DNA from: Escherichia coli
Lineage (GTDB): Bacteria; Pseudomonadota; Gammaproteobacteria; Enterobacterales; Enterobacteriaceae
Reading direction: 5' to 3' (one strand)
Length of the DNA stretch: 38,687 nucleotides
NCBI RefSeq assembly: GCF_003334385.1
Contig: NZ_QOWN01000041.1
Shown: piece after piece, positions 1-9,932 of the stretch
Layout of the letters: each line of letters begins with the position of its first letter
Numbering within the stretch: the stretch's first letter is position 1
Notes under the pieces: generated by a model
Told to the model about the DNA's origin: nothing
Databases searched by the model: none
Seen by the model: the letters and a program-made list of their open reading frames with translations, nothing else
Translations under genes and position numbers: made by a program

Positions 1-102
1 GCTGAACTGTTGCTGGAAGACTACAAAGCCTCCCTGAAATATCTCAGCGATCACCCGAAACTGCAGGGTATTGCCCAACAGAACAGCTTTAAACATACCT
101 GA
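1..102 (+). CDS. gadB: glutamate decarboxylase B, 3' end only (5' end outside window)
   Basis: Frame 1 translates to ...[33 protein letters not shown] then TGA at 100-102; matches the GadB C-terminus as I recall it; gadC follows, as in the gadBC operon. Confidence 0.85.
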
Positions 103-122
103 TAACGTTTAACGGTAACGGT

Positions 123-148
123 GTCCCGAAACGAACCCGTTTCGGGAC
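123..148 (+). terminator. 10-bp perfect hairpin in the gadB-gadC intergenic region (possible partial terminator/attenuator)
   Basis: gtcccgaaac / gaaccc loop / gtttcgggac; followed by only a weak U-run (aatttcc). Confidence 0.35.
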
Positions 149-257
149 AATTTCCAAAGTCTGTTCACTGGCATTAGCAACGGAAAATATTGTTCTGAAT
201 ACGCTTCAGAACAAAACAGGTGCGGTTCCGACAGGAATACCGTTTTAGGGGGATAAT

Positions 258-1793
258 ATGGCTACATCAGTACAGACAGGTAAAGCTAAGCAGCTCACAT
301 TACTTGGATTCTTTGCCATAACGGCATCGATGGTAATGGCTGTTTATGAATACCCTACCTTCGCAACATCGGGCTTTTCATTAGTCTTCTTCCTGCTATT
401 AGGCGGGATTTTATGGTTTATTCCCGTGGGACTTTGTGCTGCGGAAATGGCCACCGTCGACGGCTGGGAAGAAGGTGGTGTCTTCGCCTGGGTATCAAAT
501 ACTCTGGGGCCGAGATGGGGATTTGCAGCGATCTCATTTGGCTATCTGCAAATCGCCATTGGTTTTATTCCGATGCTCTATTTCGTGTTAGGGGCACTCT
601 CCTACATCCTGAAATGGCCAGCGCTGAATGAAGACCCCATTACCAAAACTATTGCAGCACTCATCATTCTTTGGGCGCTGGCATTAACGCAGTTTGGTGG
701 CACGAAATACACGGCGCGAATTGCTAAAGTTGGCTTCTTCGCCGGTATCCTGTTACCTGCATTTATTTTGATCGCATTAGCGGCTATTTATCTGCACTCC
801 GGTGCCCCCGTTGCTATCGAAATGGATTCGAAGACCTTCTTCCCTGACTTCTCTAAAGTGGGCACCCTGGTAGTATTTGTTGCCTTCATTTTGAGTTATA
901 TGGGCGTAGAAGCATCCGCAACCCACGTCAATGAAATGAGCAACCCAGGGCGCGACTATCCGTTGGCTATGTTACTGCTGATGGTGGCGGCAATCTGCTT
1001 AAGCTCTGTTGGTGGTTTGTCTATTGCGATGGTCATTCCGGGTAATGAAATCAACCTCTCCGCAGGGGTAATGCAAACCTTTACCGTTCTGATGTCCCAT
1101 GTGGCACCAGAAATTGAGTGGACGGTTCGCGTGATCTCCGCACTGCTGTTGCTGGGTGTTCTGGCGGAAATCGCCTCCTGGATTGTTGGTCCTTCTCGCG
1201 GGATGTATGTCACAGCGCAGAAAAACCTGCTGCCAGCGGCATTCGCTAAAATGAACAAAAATGGCGTACCGGTAACGCTGGTCATTTCGCAGCTGGTGAT
1301 TACGTCTATCGCGTTGATCATCCTCACCAATACCGGTGGCGGTAACAACATGTCCTTCCTGATCGCACTGGCGCTGACGGTGGTGATTTATCTGTGTGCT
1401 TATTTCATGCTGTTTATTGGCTACATTGTGTTGGTTCTTAAACATCCTGACTTAAAACGCACATTTAATATCCCTGGTGGTAAAGGGGTGAAACTGGTCG
1501 TGGCAATTGTCGGTCTGCTGACTTCAATTATGGCGTTTATTGTTTCCTTCCTGCCGCCGGATAACATCCAGGGTGATTCTACCGATATGTATGTTGAATT
1601 ACTGGTTGTTAGTTTCCTGGTGGTACTTGCCCTGCCCTTTATTCTCTATGCTGTTCATGATCGTAAAGGCAAAGCAAATACCGGCGTCACTCTGGAGCCA
1701 ATCAACAGTCAGAACGCACCAAAAGGTCACTTCTTCCTGCACCCGCGTGCACGTTCACCACACTATATTGTGATGAATGACAAGAAACACTAA
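258..1793 (+). CDS. gadC: glutamate:GABA antiporter
   Basis: 511-aa polytopic membrane ORF ([22 protein letters not shown]...); RBS gggggataat before the ATG; length and sequence match GadC/XasA as recalled. Confidence 0.95.
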   Translation: MATSVQTGKAKQLTLLGFFAITASMVMAVYEYPTFATSGFSLVFFLLLGGILWFIPVGLCAAEMATVDGWEEGGVFAWVSNTLGPRWGFAAISFGYLQIAIGFIPMLYFVLGALSYILKWPALNEDPITKTIAALIILWALALTQFGGTKYTARIAKVGFFAGILLPAFILIALAAIYLHSGAPVAIEMDSKTFFPDFSKVGTLVVFVAFILSYMGVEASATHVNEMSNPGRDYPLAMLLLMVAAICLSSVGGLSIAMVIPGNEINLSAGVMQTFTVLMSHVAPEIEWTVRVISALLLLGVLAEIASWIVGPSRGMYVTAQKNLLPAAFAKMNKNGVPVTLVISQLVITSIALIILTNTGGGNNMSFLIALALTVVIYLCAYFMLFIGYIVLVLKHPDLKRTFNIPGGKGVKLVVAIVGLLTSIMAFIVSFLPPDNIQGDSTDMYVELLVVSFLVVLALPFILYAVHDRKGKANTGVTLEPINSQNAPKGHFFLHPRARSPHYIVMNDKKH

Positions 1794-1816
1794 CCATGTC
1801 TGAATGGTTATAAGAC

Positions 1817-1847
1817 AAGGGAGCGATAATTCATCGCTCCCTTTTTC
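1817..1847 (+). terminator. rho-independent terminator after gadC
   Basis: Stem gggagcgat / loop aattc / atcgctccc followed by TTTTT. Confidence 0.7.
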
Positions 1848-1923
1848 GTGCTTGCTGTCGTATTGACTTAACGGGGATAAGTACGAGAATGAGCGCACAT
1901 CTGTTTACCGGAAACCAGCACAT

Positions 1924-3243
1924 ATGGATATCTGCTCCCGAAACAAGAAATTAACGATTAGAAGACCAGCGATACTAGTTGCACTGGCACTTTTACTGTG
2001 TAGTTGTAAAAGCACGCCTCCAGAGTCCATGGTGACACCACCAGCAGGTTCAAAGCCACCAGCCACGACGCAACAATCGTCACAACCGATGCGTGGCATC
2101 TGGCTGGCCACGGTTTCTCGGCTCGACTGGCCACCGGTTTCCTCGGTTAACATTAGTAACCCCACCAGCCGGGCCCGTGTACAACAACAGGCGATGATCG
2201 ACAAACTGGATCATCTGCAACGTCTCGGCATAAACACGGTCTTTTTCCAGGTCAAGCCGGACGGTACCGCCCTGTGGCCATCGAAAATTTTGCCGTGGTC
2301 CGATCTTATGACCGGTAAGATTGGTGAAAATCCGGGTTACGATCCGCTGCAATTTATGCTCGACGAAGCCCACAAGCGTGGGATGAAAGTACACGCCTGG
2401 TTTAACCCCTATCGCGTATCGGTTAATACGAAGCCCGGTACTATCAGGGAACTGAATAGCACTCTGTCTCAACAACCGGCGAGCGTCTATGTGCAACACC
2501 GCGACTGGATCAGAACGTCTGGCGATCGCTTTGTCCTCGACCCGGGCATCCCTGAGGTTCAGGACTGGATCACATCAATAGTCGCAGAAGTGGTTTCCCG
2601 CTATCCCGTAGATGGCGTGCAGTTTGACGACTATTTCTATACGGAGTCACCGGGTTCACGGCTAAATGATAACGAAACGTACCGTAAATACGGAGGCGCA
2701 TTTGCGTCAAAAGCAGACTGGCGGCGCAACAATACTCAGCAGTTAATTGCAAAGGTATCGCACACCATTAAAAGCATTAAGCCGGGAGTCGAATTTGGTG
2801 TTAGCCCGGCAGGCGTGTGGCGTAACCGATCACACGATCCGCTCGGTTCCGATACCCGAGGCGCGGCAGCCTATGACGAATCCTACGCTGACACCCGTCG
2901 ATGGGTGGAACAAGGATTGCTGGATTACATTGCTCCCCAAATTTACTGGCCGTTCTCACGGAGTGCCGCGCGTTATGACGTGTTGGCAAAATGGTGGGCG
3001 GATGTCGTTAAACCGACCAGGACCCGCCTGTATATCGGTATCGCCTTCTATAAAGTGGGTGAACCTTCAAAGATAGAGCCAGACTGGATGATTAACGGCG
3101 GCGTACCGGAACTGAAAAAGCAGCTCGATCTTAACGATGCTGTGCCCGAAATTAGCGGCACCATCTTGTTCCGTGAGGACTATCTGAATAAACCGCAGAC
3201 TCAACAAGCGGTCAGCTATCTGCAAAGTCGCTGGGGCAGTTAA
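1924..3243 (+). CDS. yddW: putative lipoprotein YddW (glycoside-hydrolase-like family)
   Basis: 439-aa ORF; N-terminal signal peptide with Cys-containing lipobox-like region (ALALLLCSCKS). Confidence 0.85.
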   Translation: MDICSRNKKLTIRRPAILVALALLLCSCKSTPPESMVTPPAGSKPPATTQQSSQPMRGIWLATVSRLDWPPVSSVNISNPTSRARVQQQAMIDKLDHLQRLGINTVFFQVKPDGTALWPSKILPWSDLMTGKIGENPGYDPLQFMLDEAHKRGMKVHAWFNPYRVSVNTKPGTIRELNSTLSQQPASVYVQHRDWIRTSGDRFVLDPGIPEVQDWITSIVAEVVSRYPVDGVQFDDYFYTESPGSRLNDNETYRKYGGAFASKADWRRNNTQQLIAKVSHTIKSIKPGVEFGVSPAGVWRNRSHDPLGSDTRGAAAYDESYADTRRWVEQGLLDYIAPQIYWPFSRSAARYDVLAKWWADVVKPTRTRLYIGIAFYKVGEPSKIEPDWMINGGVPELKKQLDLNDAVPEISGTILFREDYLNKPQTQQAVSYLQSRWGS

Positions 3244-3260
3244 ACTCCCATTCTTACTTT

Positions 3261-3295
3261 GTAACAAGCCGGTGCTTTACCCACCGGCTTGTTAC
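3261..3295 (+). terminator. 13-bp hairpin after yddW (no clear U-tract)
   Basis: gtaacaagccggt ... accggcttgttac inverted repeat just 3' of the yddW stop. Confidence 0.35.
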
Positions 3296-3410
3296 CCTCT
3301 TAAACTATCCCACTAATAATCATGCTTACTTAAGTCAAATTAACCACACTTAGTTAAACAGCCATAAATCCCTAATAAAAATGTATGAATATGAAAAACC
3401 ATACGATATT

Positions 3411-3446
3411 CGCTGTCACCGAAAAATAATTACGATGGGCTATACT
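3411..3446 (+). promoter_or_regulatory. candidate sigma-S-type promoter upstream of dosC (-10 cTATACT)
   Basis: gggCTATACTct at 3439-3446 resembles a sigma-S -10 with a -13 C; no good -35; would give a ~160-nt leader. Confidence 0.25.
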
Positions 3447-3606
3447 CTTCTGAAGAACAGTAGCGTAGATTGAAACTGTCCTAAATCGCTTATTTCTTTT
3501 CAGTATATCTTCATATTTCAGGAGAATATGGTGCAGTTAGTCGATCTCGCACGTTGCGTTTCATTTTGATTCCGTCTGATTTCCCAGCCTTATAAGGGTG
3601 TGAATT

Positions 3607-4989
3607 ATGGAGATGTATTTTAAAAGAATGAAAGATGAGTGGACCGGACTTGTCGAACAGGCAGATCCGCCCATTCGTGCTAAAGCCGCGGAAATTGCCG
3701 TTGCGCATGCTCATTATCTGAGTATCGAGTTTTATCGAATTGTCCGCATCGACCCGCATGCCGAAGAATTCTTGAGTAATGAACAAGTTGAGCGGCAGTT
3801 GAAGAGTGCGATGGAACGCTGGATTATTAACGTGCTTTCTGCCCAGGTTGACGATGTCGAAAGGCTAATACAAATCCAGCATACCGTCGCGGAAGTGCAT
3901 GCCCGCATAGGAATTCCGGTAGAAATTGTCGAGATGGGGTTTCGGGTGCTGAAAAAAATCCTCTATCCGGTGATCTTCTCTTCGGATTATTCCGCCGCAG
4001 AAAAACTTCAGGTCTACCATTTCTCGATTAACAGTATTGATATCGCGATGGAAGTGATGACTCGCGCGTTTACCTTTAGTGACAGTAGTGCCTCAAAGGA
4101 AGATGAAAACTATCGTATCTTCTCGTTACTGGAAAACGCCGAAGAAGAAAAAGAACGGCAAATAGCCTCAATACTTTCATGGGAAATAGATATTATCTAT
4201 AAAATCCTGCTGGATTCTGATTTAGGCAGTAGTTTGCCTTTAAGCCAGGCTGATTTTGGCCTGTGGTTTAACCATAAAGGTCGACATTATTTTAGTGGTA
4301 TTGCCGAAGTAGGCCATATCTCCCGTCTGATTCAGGATTTCGACGGTATTTTCAATCAAACCATGCGTAACACCAGAAATTTGAATAACAGAAGTCTGCG
4401 GGTGAAATTTTTATTACAGATAAGAAATACCGTATCGCAAATTATTACCTTGCTGCGTGAATTGTTTGAAGAAGTATCGCGCCACGAAGTCGGTATGGAT
4501 GTACTGACGAAATTACTTAACCGCCGTTTCCTACCGACTATCTTCAAACGCGAAATTGCCCATGCCAACCGGACCGGTACACCGCTGTCAGTGCTGATTA
4601 TTGACGTTGATAAATTCAAAGAGATCAATGATACGTGGGGCCATAACACTGGTGATGAAATTCTGCGTAAAGTCTCTCAGGCCTTTTATGACAACGTCCG
4701 CAGTAGTGATTATGTTTTCCGCTACGGGGGCGATGAATTTATCATTGTTTTGACTGAAGCTTCTGAAAACGAAACGTTACGTACCGCAGAACGTATTCGC
4801 AGTCGGGTGGAGAAAACCAAACTGAAAGCCGCAAACGGCGAAGATATTGCCCTCTCACTTTCCATCGGTGCCGCCATGTTTAATGGTCATCCTGACTATG
4901 AGCGCCTCATTCAAATAGCCGATGAAGCTCTGTATATCGCCAAAAGACGAGGTAGAAACCGTGTTGAACTCTGGAAAGCCAGTCTTTAG
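3607..4989 (+). CDS. dosC: globin-coupled diguanylate cyclase (O2-sensing GGDEF protein)
   Basis: 460-aa ORF; C-terminal GGDEF domain with RYGGDEF motif; ends ...RGRNRVELWKASL; RBS before the ATG. Confidence 0.92.
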   Translation: MEMYFKRMKDEWTGLVEQADPPIRAKAAEIAVAHAHYLSIEFYRIVRIDPHAEEFLSNEQVERQLKSAMERWIINVLSAQVDDVERLIQIQHTVAEVHARIGIPVEIVEMGFRVLKKILYPVIFSSDYSAAEKLQVYHFSINSIDIAMEVMTRAFTFSDSSASKEDENYRIFSLLENAEEEKERQIASILSWEIDIIYKILLDSDLGSSLPLSQADFGLWFNHKGRHYFSGIAEVGHISRLIQDFDGIFNQTMRNTRNLNNRSLRVKFLLQIRNTVSQIITLLRELFEEVSRHEVGMDVLTKLLNRRFLPTIFKREIAHANRTGTPLSVLIIDVDKFKEINDTWGHNTGDEILRKVSQAFYDNVRSSDYVFRYGGDEFIIVLTEASENETLRTAERIRSRVEKTKLKAANGEDIALSLSIGAAMFNGHPDYERLIQIADEALYIAKRRGRNRVELWKASL

Positions 4990-5013
4990 ATGCGCCAGGA
5001 TGCAGAGGTAATC

Positions 5014-5163
5014 ATGAAGCTAACCGATGCGGATAATGCCGCCGATGGCATTTTTTTCCCCGCCCTTGAGCAAAATATGATGTTTACGATGCGTATCGCC
5101 CACAACAAGCACAGGCGATGTTGTGGCAAGCCTGCCCAGACCCGCAATATGTTGTTGATGTGA
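5014..5163 (+). pseudogene. dosP: dosP 5' remnant: first 23 codons of dosP, then out-of-frame read into ddpX sequence (49-codon ORF)
   Basis: RBS gaggt plus ATG 25 nt after the dosC stop; MKLTDADNAADGIFFPALEQNMM matches the DosP N-terminus as recalled; from codon 24 the nucleotides are ddpX sequence in a different frame; stop at 5161-5163. Confidence 0.7.
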
Positions 5164-5468
5164 CGGTCGGTTCTAATCACAGCCGTGGCACGGCGATCGA
5201 CCTGACGCTTCGTGATGAGCACGGGAACATCCTCGATATGGGCGCAGGGTTCGATGAAATGCACGAGCGCTCCCATGCCTATCACCCTTCCGTCCCGCCC
5301 GCCGCTCAGCGCAATCGGCTGTTGCTGAATGCGATAATGACTGGTGGCGGTTTTGTCGGTATCTCCAGCGAATGGTGGCACTTCGAATTACCCCAGGCAG
5401 CGAGTTACCCTCTGCTCGCTGATCAATTCTCTTGTTTTATATCCCCTGGCACACAGCACGTCAGTTAA
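5085..5468 (+). pseudogene. ddpX: ddpX 3' remnant (D-Ala-D-Ala dipeptidase, VanX family) lacking about the first 60-75 codons
   Basis: ddpX-frame translation YDAYRPQQAQAMLWQACPDPQYVVDVTVGSNHSRGTAIDL...WWHFELPQ...; an in-frame TGA at 5067-5069 sits upstream and there is no start codon or RBS for a full-length product. Confidence 0.75.
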
Positions 5469-5481
5469 TCAGGAAACTGTC

Positions 5482-7032
5482 ATGAAGAGATCGATATCGT
5501 TTCGTCCCACATTGCTCGCGCTCGTCCTTGCCACAAATTTCCCGGTTGCGCACGCCGCCGTACCAAAAGATATGCTGGTGATTGGTAAGGCCGCCGATCC
5601 ACAAACCCTCGACCCGGCGGTAACAATAGATAATAACGACTGGACAGTGACCTACCCGTCTTATCAGCGGCTGGTTCAGTACAAAACGGACGGTGATAAA
5701 GGCTCAACCGACGTTGAAGGCGATCTGGCAAGTAGCTGGAAAGCGTCTGACGATCAAAAAGAGTGGACGTTCACCCTGAAAGATAATGCTAAATTTGCCG
5801 ATGGCACACCTGTCACTGCCGAAGCAGTAAAACTTTCTTTTGAGCGGCTACTAAAAATCGGCCAGGGGCCAGCAGAAGCATTTCCCAAAGATTTAAAGAT
5901 TGATGCTCCCGACGAACATACGGTGAAGTTTACCCTTAGCCAACCATTCGCACCGTTCCTCTACACGCTGGCGAATGACGGTGCATCCATTATCAATCCG
6001 GCGGTCTTAAAGGAACATGCAGCGGATGATGCTCGCGGCTTCCTCGCGCAAAATACCGCCGGTTCCGGACCATTTATGCTGAAAAGCTGGCAAAAAGGTC
6101 AGCAATTAGTTCTGGTGCCAAATCCGCATTACCTAGGCAATAAACCGAACTTCAAACGGGTATCGGTAAAAATTATTGGTGAAAGTGCCTCCCGTCGCCT
6201 GCAGCTCTCCCGTGGCGACATTGACATTGCCGATGCGCTGCCGGTGGATCAACTCAACGCCCTGAAGCAGGAAAATAAAGTCAATGTGGCAGAGTATCCG
6301 TCACTGCGCGTTACCTATCTGTATCTGAATAACAGCAAAGCGCCTCTTAATCAGGCGGATCTGCGTCGGGCCATTTCCTGGTCTACCGATTATCAGGGCA
6401 TGGTTAACGGCATTCTGAGTGGTAACGGAAAACAGATGCGCGGCCCGATTCCGGAAGGCATGTGGGGCTACGATGCGACGGCAATGCAATACAACCATGA
6501 CGAAACGAAAGCCAAAGCCGAATGGGATAAAGTGACGAGCAAACCCACCAGCCTGACGTTTCTCTACTCCGATAACGATCCGAACTGGGAGCCTATTGCT
6601 CTGGCGACACAATCCAGTCTCAACAAGCTGGGCATCATTGTGAAGCTGGAAAAGCTGGCGAACGCCACCATGCGCGACAGAGTGGGTAAAGGTGATTACG
6701 ACATTGCGATTGGCAACTGGAGTCCGGATTTTGCCGACCCGTATATGTTTATGAATTACTGGTTTGAGTCAGACAAAAAAGGTCTGCCGGGTAACCGCTC
6801 GTTCTATGAAAACAGTGAGGTCGATAAGTTACTGCGCAATGCGCTTGCGACCACCGACCAGACGCAGCGTACCCGGGACTACCAGCAGGCACAGAAAATC
6901 GTCATTGATGACGCTGCTTATGTGTACCTGTTCCAGAAAAACTACCAACTGGCGATGAACAAAGAGGTGAAAGGCTTTGTGTTCAATCCCATGCTGGAAC
7001 AGGTCTTCAATATCAATACCATGAGTAAATAA
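5482..7032 (+). CDS. ddpA: periplasmic D,D-dipeptide-binding protein (ABC transporter substrate-binding)
   Basis: 516-aa product from ATG 5482 (RBS aggaaa), with signal peptide MKRSISFRPTLLALVLATNFPVAHA; the ORF-track start at 5344 is an upstream in-frame extension. Confidence 0.92.
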   Translation: MKRSISFRPTLLALVLATNFPVAHAAVPKDMLVIGKAADPQTLDPAVTIDNNDWTVTYPSYQRLVQYKTDGDKGSTDVEGDLASSWKASDDQKEWTFTLKDNAKFADGTPVTAEAVKLSFERLLKIGQGPAEAFPKDLKIDAPDEHTVKFTLSQPFAPFLYTLANDGASIINPAVLKEHAADDARGFLAQNTAGSGPFMLKSWQKGQQLVLVPNPHYLGNKPNFKRVSVKIIGESASRRLQLSRGDIDIADALPVDQLNALKQENKVNVAEYPSLRVTYLYLNNSKAPLNQADLRRAISWSTDYQGMVNGILSGNGKQMRGPIPEGMWGYDATAMQYNHDETKAKAEWDKVTSKPTSLTFLYSDNDPNWEPIALATQSSLNKLGIIVKLEKLANATMRDRVGKGDYDIAIGNWSPDFADPYMFMNYWFESDKKGLPGNRSFYENSEVDKLLRNALATTDQTQRTRDYQQAQKIVIDDAAYVYLFQKNYQLAMNKEVKGFVFNPMLEQVFNINTMSK

Positions 7033-7033
7033 C

Positions 7034-8056
7034 GTGACCTTCTGGAGTATTTTACGCCAACGCTGCTGGGGGCTGGTGCTCGTGGTGGCGGGCGTCTGCG
7101 TGATTACGTTTATTATCTCGCATCTGATCCCTGGTGATCCGGCGCGGTTACTGGCGGGTGACCGCGCCAGCGATGCTATCGTGGAAAATATTCGCCAGCA
7201 ACTGGGACTGGACCAGCCACTGTATGTACAGTTTTACCGCTACGTCAGCGACCTGTTTCATGGTGACCTGGGAACATCCATTCGTACCGGGCGTCCGGTG
7301 CTGGAAGAGTTGCGTATATTTTTCCCGGCGACGCTGGAGCTGGCTTTTGGTGCCCTGCTGCTGGCACTCCTGATTGGCATCCCGCTGGGCATACTCTCTG
7401 CAGTCTGGCGAAATCGCTGGCTGGATCATCTGGTGCGAATAATGGCCATTACCGGAATCTCCACACCTGCGTTCTGGCTTGGGCTGGGCGTCATTGTGCT
7501 GTTTTATGGTCATCTGCAAATTCTTCCCGGCGGCGGAAGGCTTGATGACTGGCTGGATCCACCAACGCACGTTACCGGCTTTTATCTGCTCGATGCGCTG
7601 CTTGAAGGCAACGGTGAAGTCTTCTTCAATGCGTTGCAACATCTCATCTTACCGGCATTAACGCTGGCGTTCGTTCACCTGGGAATTGTCGCTCGCCAGA
7701 TCCGCTCAGCGATGCTGGAACAATTGAGTGAAGACTACATTCGTACCGCCCGGGCCAGCGGCTTGCCCGGCTGGTATATCGTTTTATGTTATGCGCTACC
7801 CAATGCGTTGATCCCATCGATTACCGTATTGGGTTTGGCGCTGGGCGATTTGTTGTATGGCGCAGTGCTCACCGAAACCGTTTTTGCCTGGCCCGGAATG
7901 GGTGCATGGGTAGTAACATCAATACAGGCGCTCGACTTCCCGGCAGTGATGGGCTTTGCCGTCGTGGTTTCATTTGCTTATGTGCTGGTCAACCTGGTGG
8001 TGGATTTGCTCTATTTGTGGATTGATCCGCGTATCGGACGTGGAGGTGGTGAATGA
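7034..8056 (+). CDS. ddpB: D,D-dipeptide ABC transporter permease
   Basis: 340-aa membrane ORF with GTG start abutting the ddpA stop; DppB/OppB-like permease. Confidence 0.9.
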   Translation: MTFWSILRQRCWGLVLVVAGVCVITFIISHLIPGDPARLLAGDRASDAIVENIRQQLGLDQPLYVQFYRYVSDLFHGDLGTSIRTGRPVLEELRIFFPATLELAFGALLLALLIGIPLGILSAVWRNRWLDHLVRIMAITGISTPAFWLGLGVIVLFYGHLQILPGGGRLDDWLDPPTHVTGFYLLDALLEGNGEVFFNALQHLILPALTLAFVHLGIVARQIRSAMLEQLSEDYIRTARASGLPGWYIVLCYALPNALIPSITVLGLALGDLLYGAVLTETVFAWPGMGAWVVTSIQALDFPAVMGFAVVVSFAYVLVNLVVDLLYLWIDPRIGRGGGE

Positions 8057-8949
8057 TGCTAAGCGAGGAAACGTCCGCCGTACGCCCACAAAAACAAACG
8101 CGATTTAACGGTGCAAAACTGGTATGGATGCTGAAAGGCAGTCCGCTCACCGTGACCAGCGCAGTCATCATTGTATTAATGCTATTGATGATGATTTTTT
8201 CACCGTGGCTGGCGACGCATGATCCCAACGCCATTGATTTAACCGCCCGCCTTTTGCCGCCTTCTGCGGCGCACTGGTTTGGCACCGATGAAGTGGGACG
8301 CGATCTGTTTAGCCGCGTACTGGTCGGCAGTCAGCAATCAATTCTCGCCGGATTAGTCGTGGTTGCCATTGCGGGTATGATTGGTTCGCTACTCGGATGT
8401 CTATCCGGTGTGCTTGGTGGACGCGCAGACGCCATCATCATGCGCATCATGGACATTATGCTGTCGATTCCTTCGTTGGTACTGACAATGGCACTGGCTG
8501 CCGCTCTCGGGCCGAGTTTGTTTAACGCCATGCTGGCTATTGCTATTGTGCGAATTCCCTTTTATGTGCGCCTGGCGCGGGGGCAAGCATTAGTTGTACG
8601 CCAGTATACCTATGTTCAGGCGGCGAAAACCTTTGGCGCGTCTCGTTGGCATCTGATCAACTGGCATATTTTACGTAACTCCCTACCGCCGCTGATCGTG
8701 CAGGCATCGCTGGATATCGGTAGCGCGATTTTAATGGCCGCCACGTTGGGATTTATTGGCCTGGGTGCTCAACAACCGAGTGCTGAATGGGGCGCGATGG
8801 TAGCAAATGGTCGCAACTATGTACTCGATCAGTGGTGGTATTGCGCATTTCCGGGGGCAGCGATTTTGCTTACCGCCGTCGGGTTTAATCTCTTTGGTGA
8901 TGGTATTCGCGATCTGCTTGACCCGAAAGCAGGAGGAAAGCAGTCATGA
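8053..8949 (+). CDS. ddpC: D,D-dipeptide ABC transporter permease
   Basis: 298-aa membrane ORF overlapping ddpB by 4 nt; DppC-like. Confidence 0.9.
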   Translation: MMLSEETSAVRPQKQTRFNGAKLVWMLKGSPLTVTSAVIIVLMLLMMIFSPWLATHDPNAIDLTARLLPPSAAHWFGTDEVGRDLFSRVLVGSQQSILAGLVVVAIAGMIGSLLGCLSGVLGGRADAIIMRIMDIMLSIPSLVLTMALAAALGPSLFNAMLAIAIVRIPFYVRLARGQALVVRQYTYVQAAKTFGASRWHLINWHILRNSLPPLIVQASLDIGSAILMAATLGFIGLGAQQPSAEWGAMVANGRNYVLDQWWYCAFPGAAILLTAVGFNLFGDGIRDLLDPKAGGKQS

Positions 8950-9932
8950 CCCAACCCGTTCTGGACATTCAACAACTGCATTTGAGTTTCCCCGGTTTTA
9001 ACGGTGATGTTCACGCGCTCAACAATGTGTCCTTGCAGATTAACCGCGGTGAAATTGTCGGTCTGGTGGGAGAATCCGGCTCAGGTAAATCAGTCACCGC
9101 AATGCTGATTATGCGTCTGCTACCGACGGGCAGTTATTGCGTACATCGGGGGCAGATTTCCCTGCTGGGAGAAGATGTTCTTAACGCGCGGGAAAAACAG
9201 CTTCGTCAGTGGCGCGGCGCACGAGTGGCGATGATCTTTCAGGAACCGATGACCGCCCTCAATCCGACACGTCGAATAGGTCTTCAGATGATGGACGTGA
9301 TCCGCCATCATCAACCAATAAGTCGTCGGGAAGCCAGAGCTAAAGCGATTGACCTGCTGGAAGAGATGCAAATCCCGGATGCCGTGGAAGTTATGTCGCG
9401 CTATCCGTTTGAGCTTTCAGGTGGTATGCGCCAGCGGGTAATGATTGCGCTGGCATTCTCCTGCGAGCCGCAATTGATTATTGCCGACGAACCGACTACG
9501 GCGCTGGACGTCACGGTGCAGTTGCAGGTACTGCGTTTGCTTAAACATAAAGCCCGCGCCAGTGGAACTGCGGTTCTGTTCATCAGCCATGATATGGCCG
9601 TGGTGTCGCAACTGTGCGATAGCGTTTACGTGATGTATGCCGGAAGCGTAATTGAAAGCGGCGTGACGGCAGACGTTATCCATCATCCCCGGCATCCGTA
9701 TACCATTGGTTTGCTGCAATGCGCACCAGAACATGGAGTACCACGCCAGCTATTACCCGCCATTCCAGGGACGGTACCAAACCTCACCCATTTGCCTGAC
9801 GGCTGCGCTTTTCGCGATCGTTGCTATGCGGCAGGTGCACAATGTGAAAACGTCCCGGCGCTGACAGCGTGTGGTGACAACAACCAGCGCTGTGCCTGTT
9901 GGTATCCGCAGCAGGAGGTTATAAGTGTCTGA
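8946..9932 (+). CDS. ddpD: D,D-dipeptide ABC transporter ATP-binding protein
   Basis: 328-aa ORF; Walker A GESGSGKS, signature LSGGMRQR, Walker B IIADEPT. Confidence 0.9.
   Translation: MTQPVLDIQQLHLSFPGFNGDVHALNNVSLQINRGEIVGLVGESGSGKSVTAMLIMRLLPTGSYCVHRGQISLLGEDVLNAREKQLRQWRGARVAMIFQEPMTALNPTRRIGLQMMDVIRHHQPISRREARAKAIDLLEEMQIPDAVEVMSRYPFELSGGMRQRVMIALAFSCEPQLIIADEPTTALDVTVQLQVLRLLKHKARASGTAVLFISHDMAVVSQLCDSVYVMYAGSVIESGVTADVIHHPRHPYTIGLLQCAPEHGVPRQLLPAIPGTVPNLTHLPDGCAFRDRCYAAGAQCENVPALTACGDNNQRCACWYPQQEVISV

Noticed and set aside
2080-2499. 139-aa minus-strand ORF inside yddW
   Set aside because: Antisense to a well-supported gene, no RBS, no recognisable domain.
5344-5481. Upstream in-frame extension of the ddpA ORF (562-aa version) overlapping the ddpX remnant
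   Set aside because: The ATG at 5482 has a good RBS and begins a canonical signal peptide; the extension is read-through of the ddpX 3' end in another frame.
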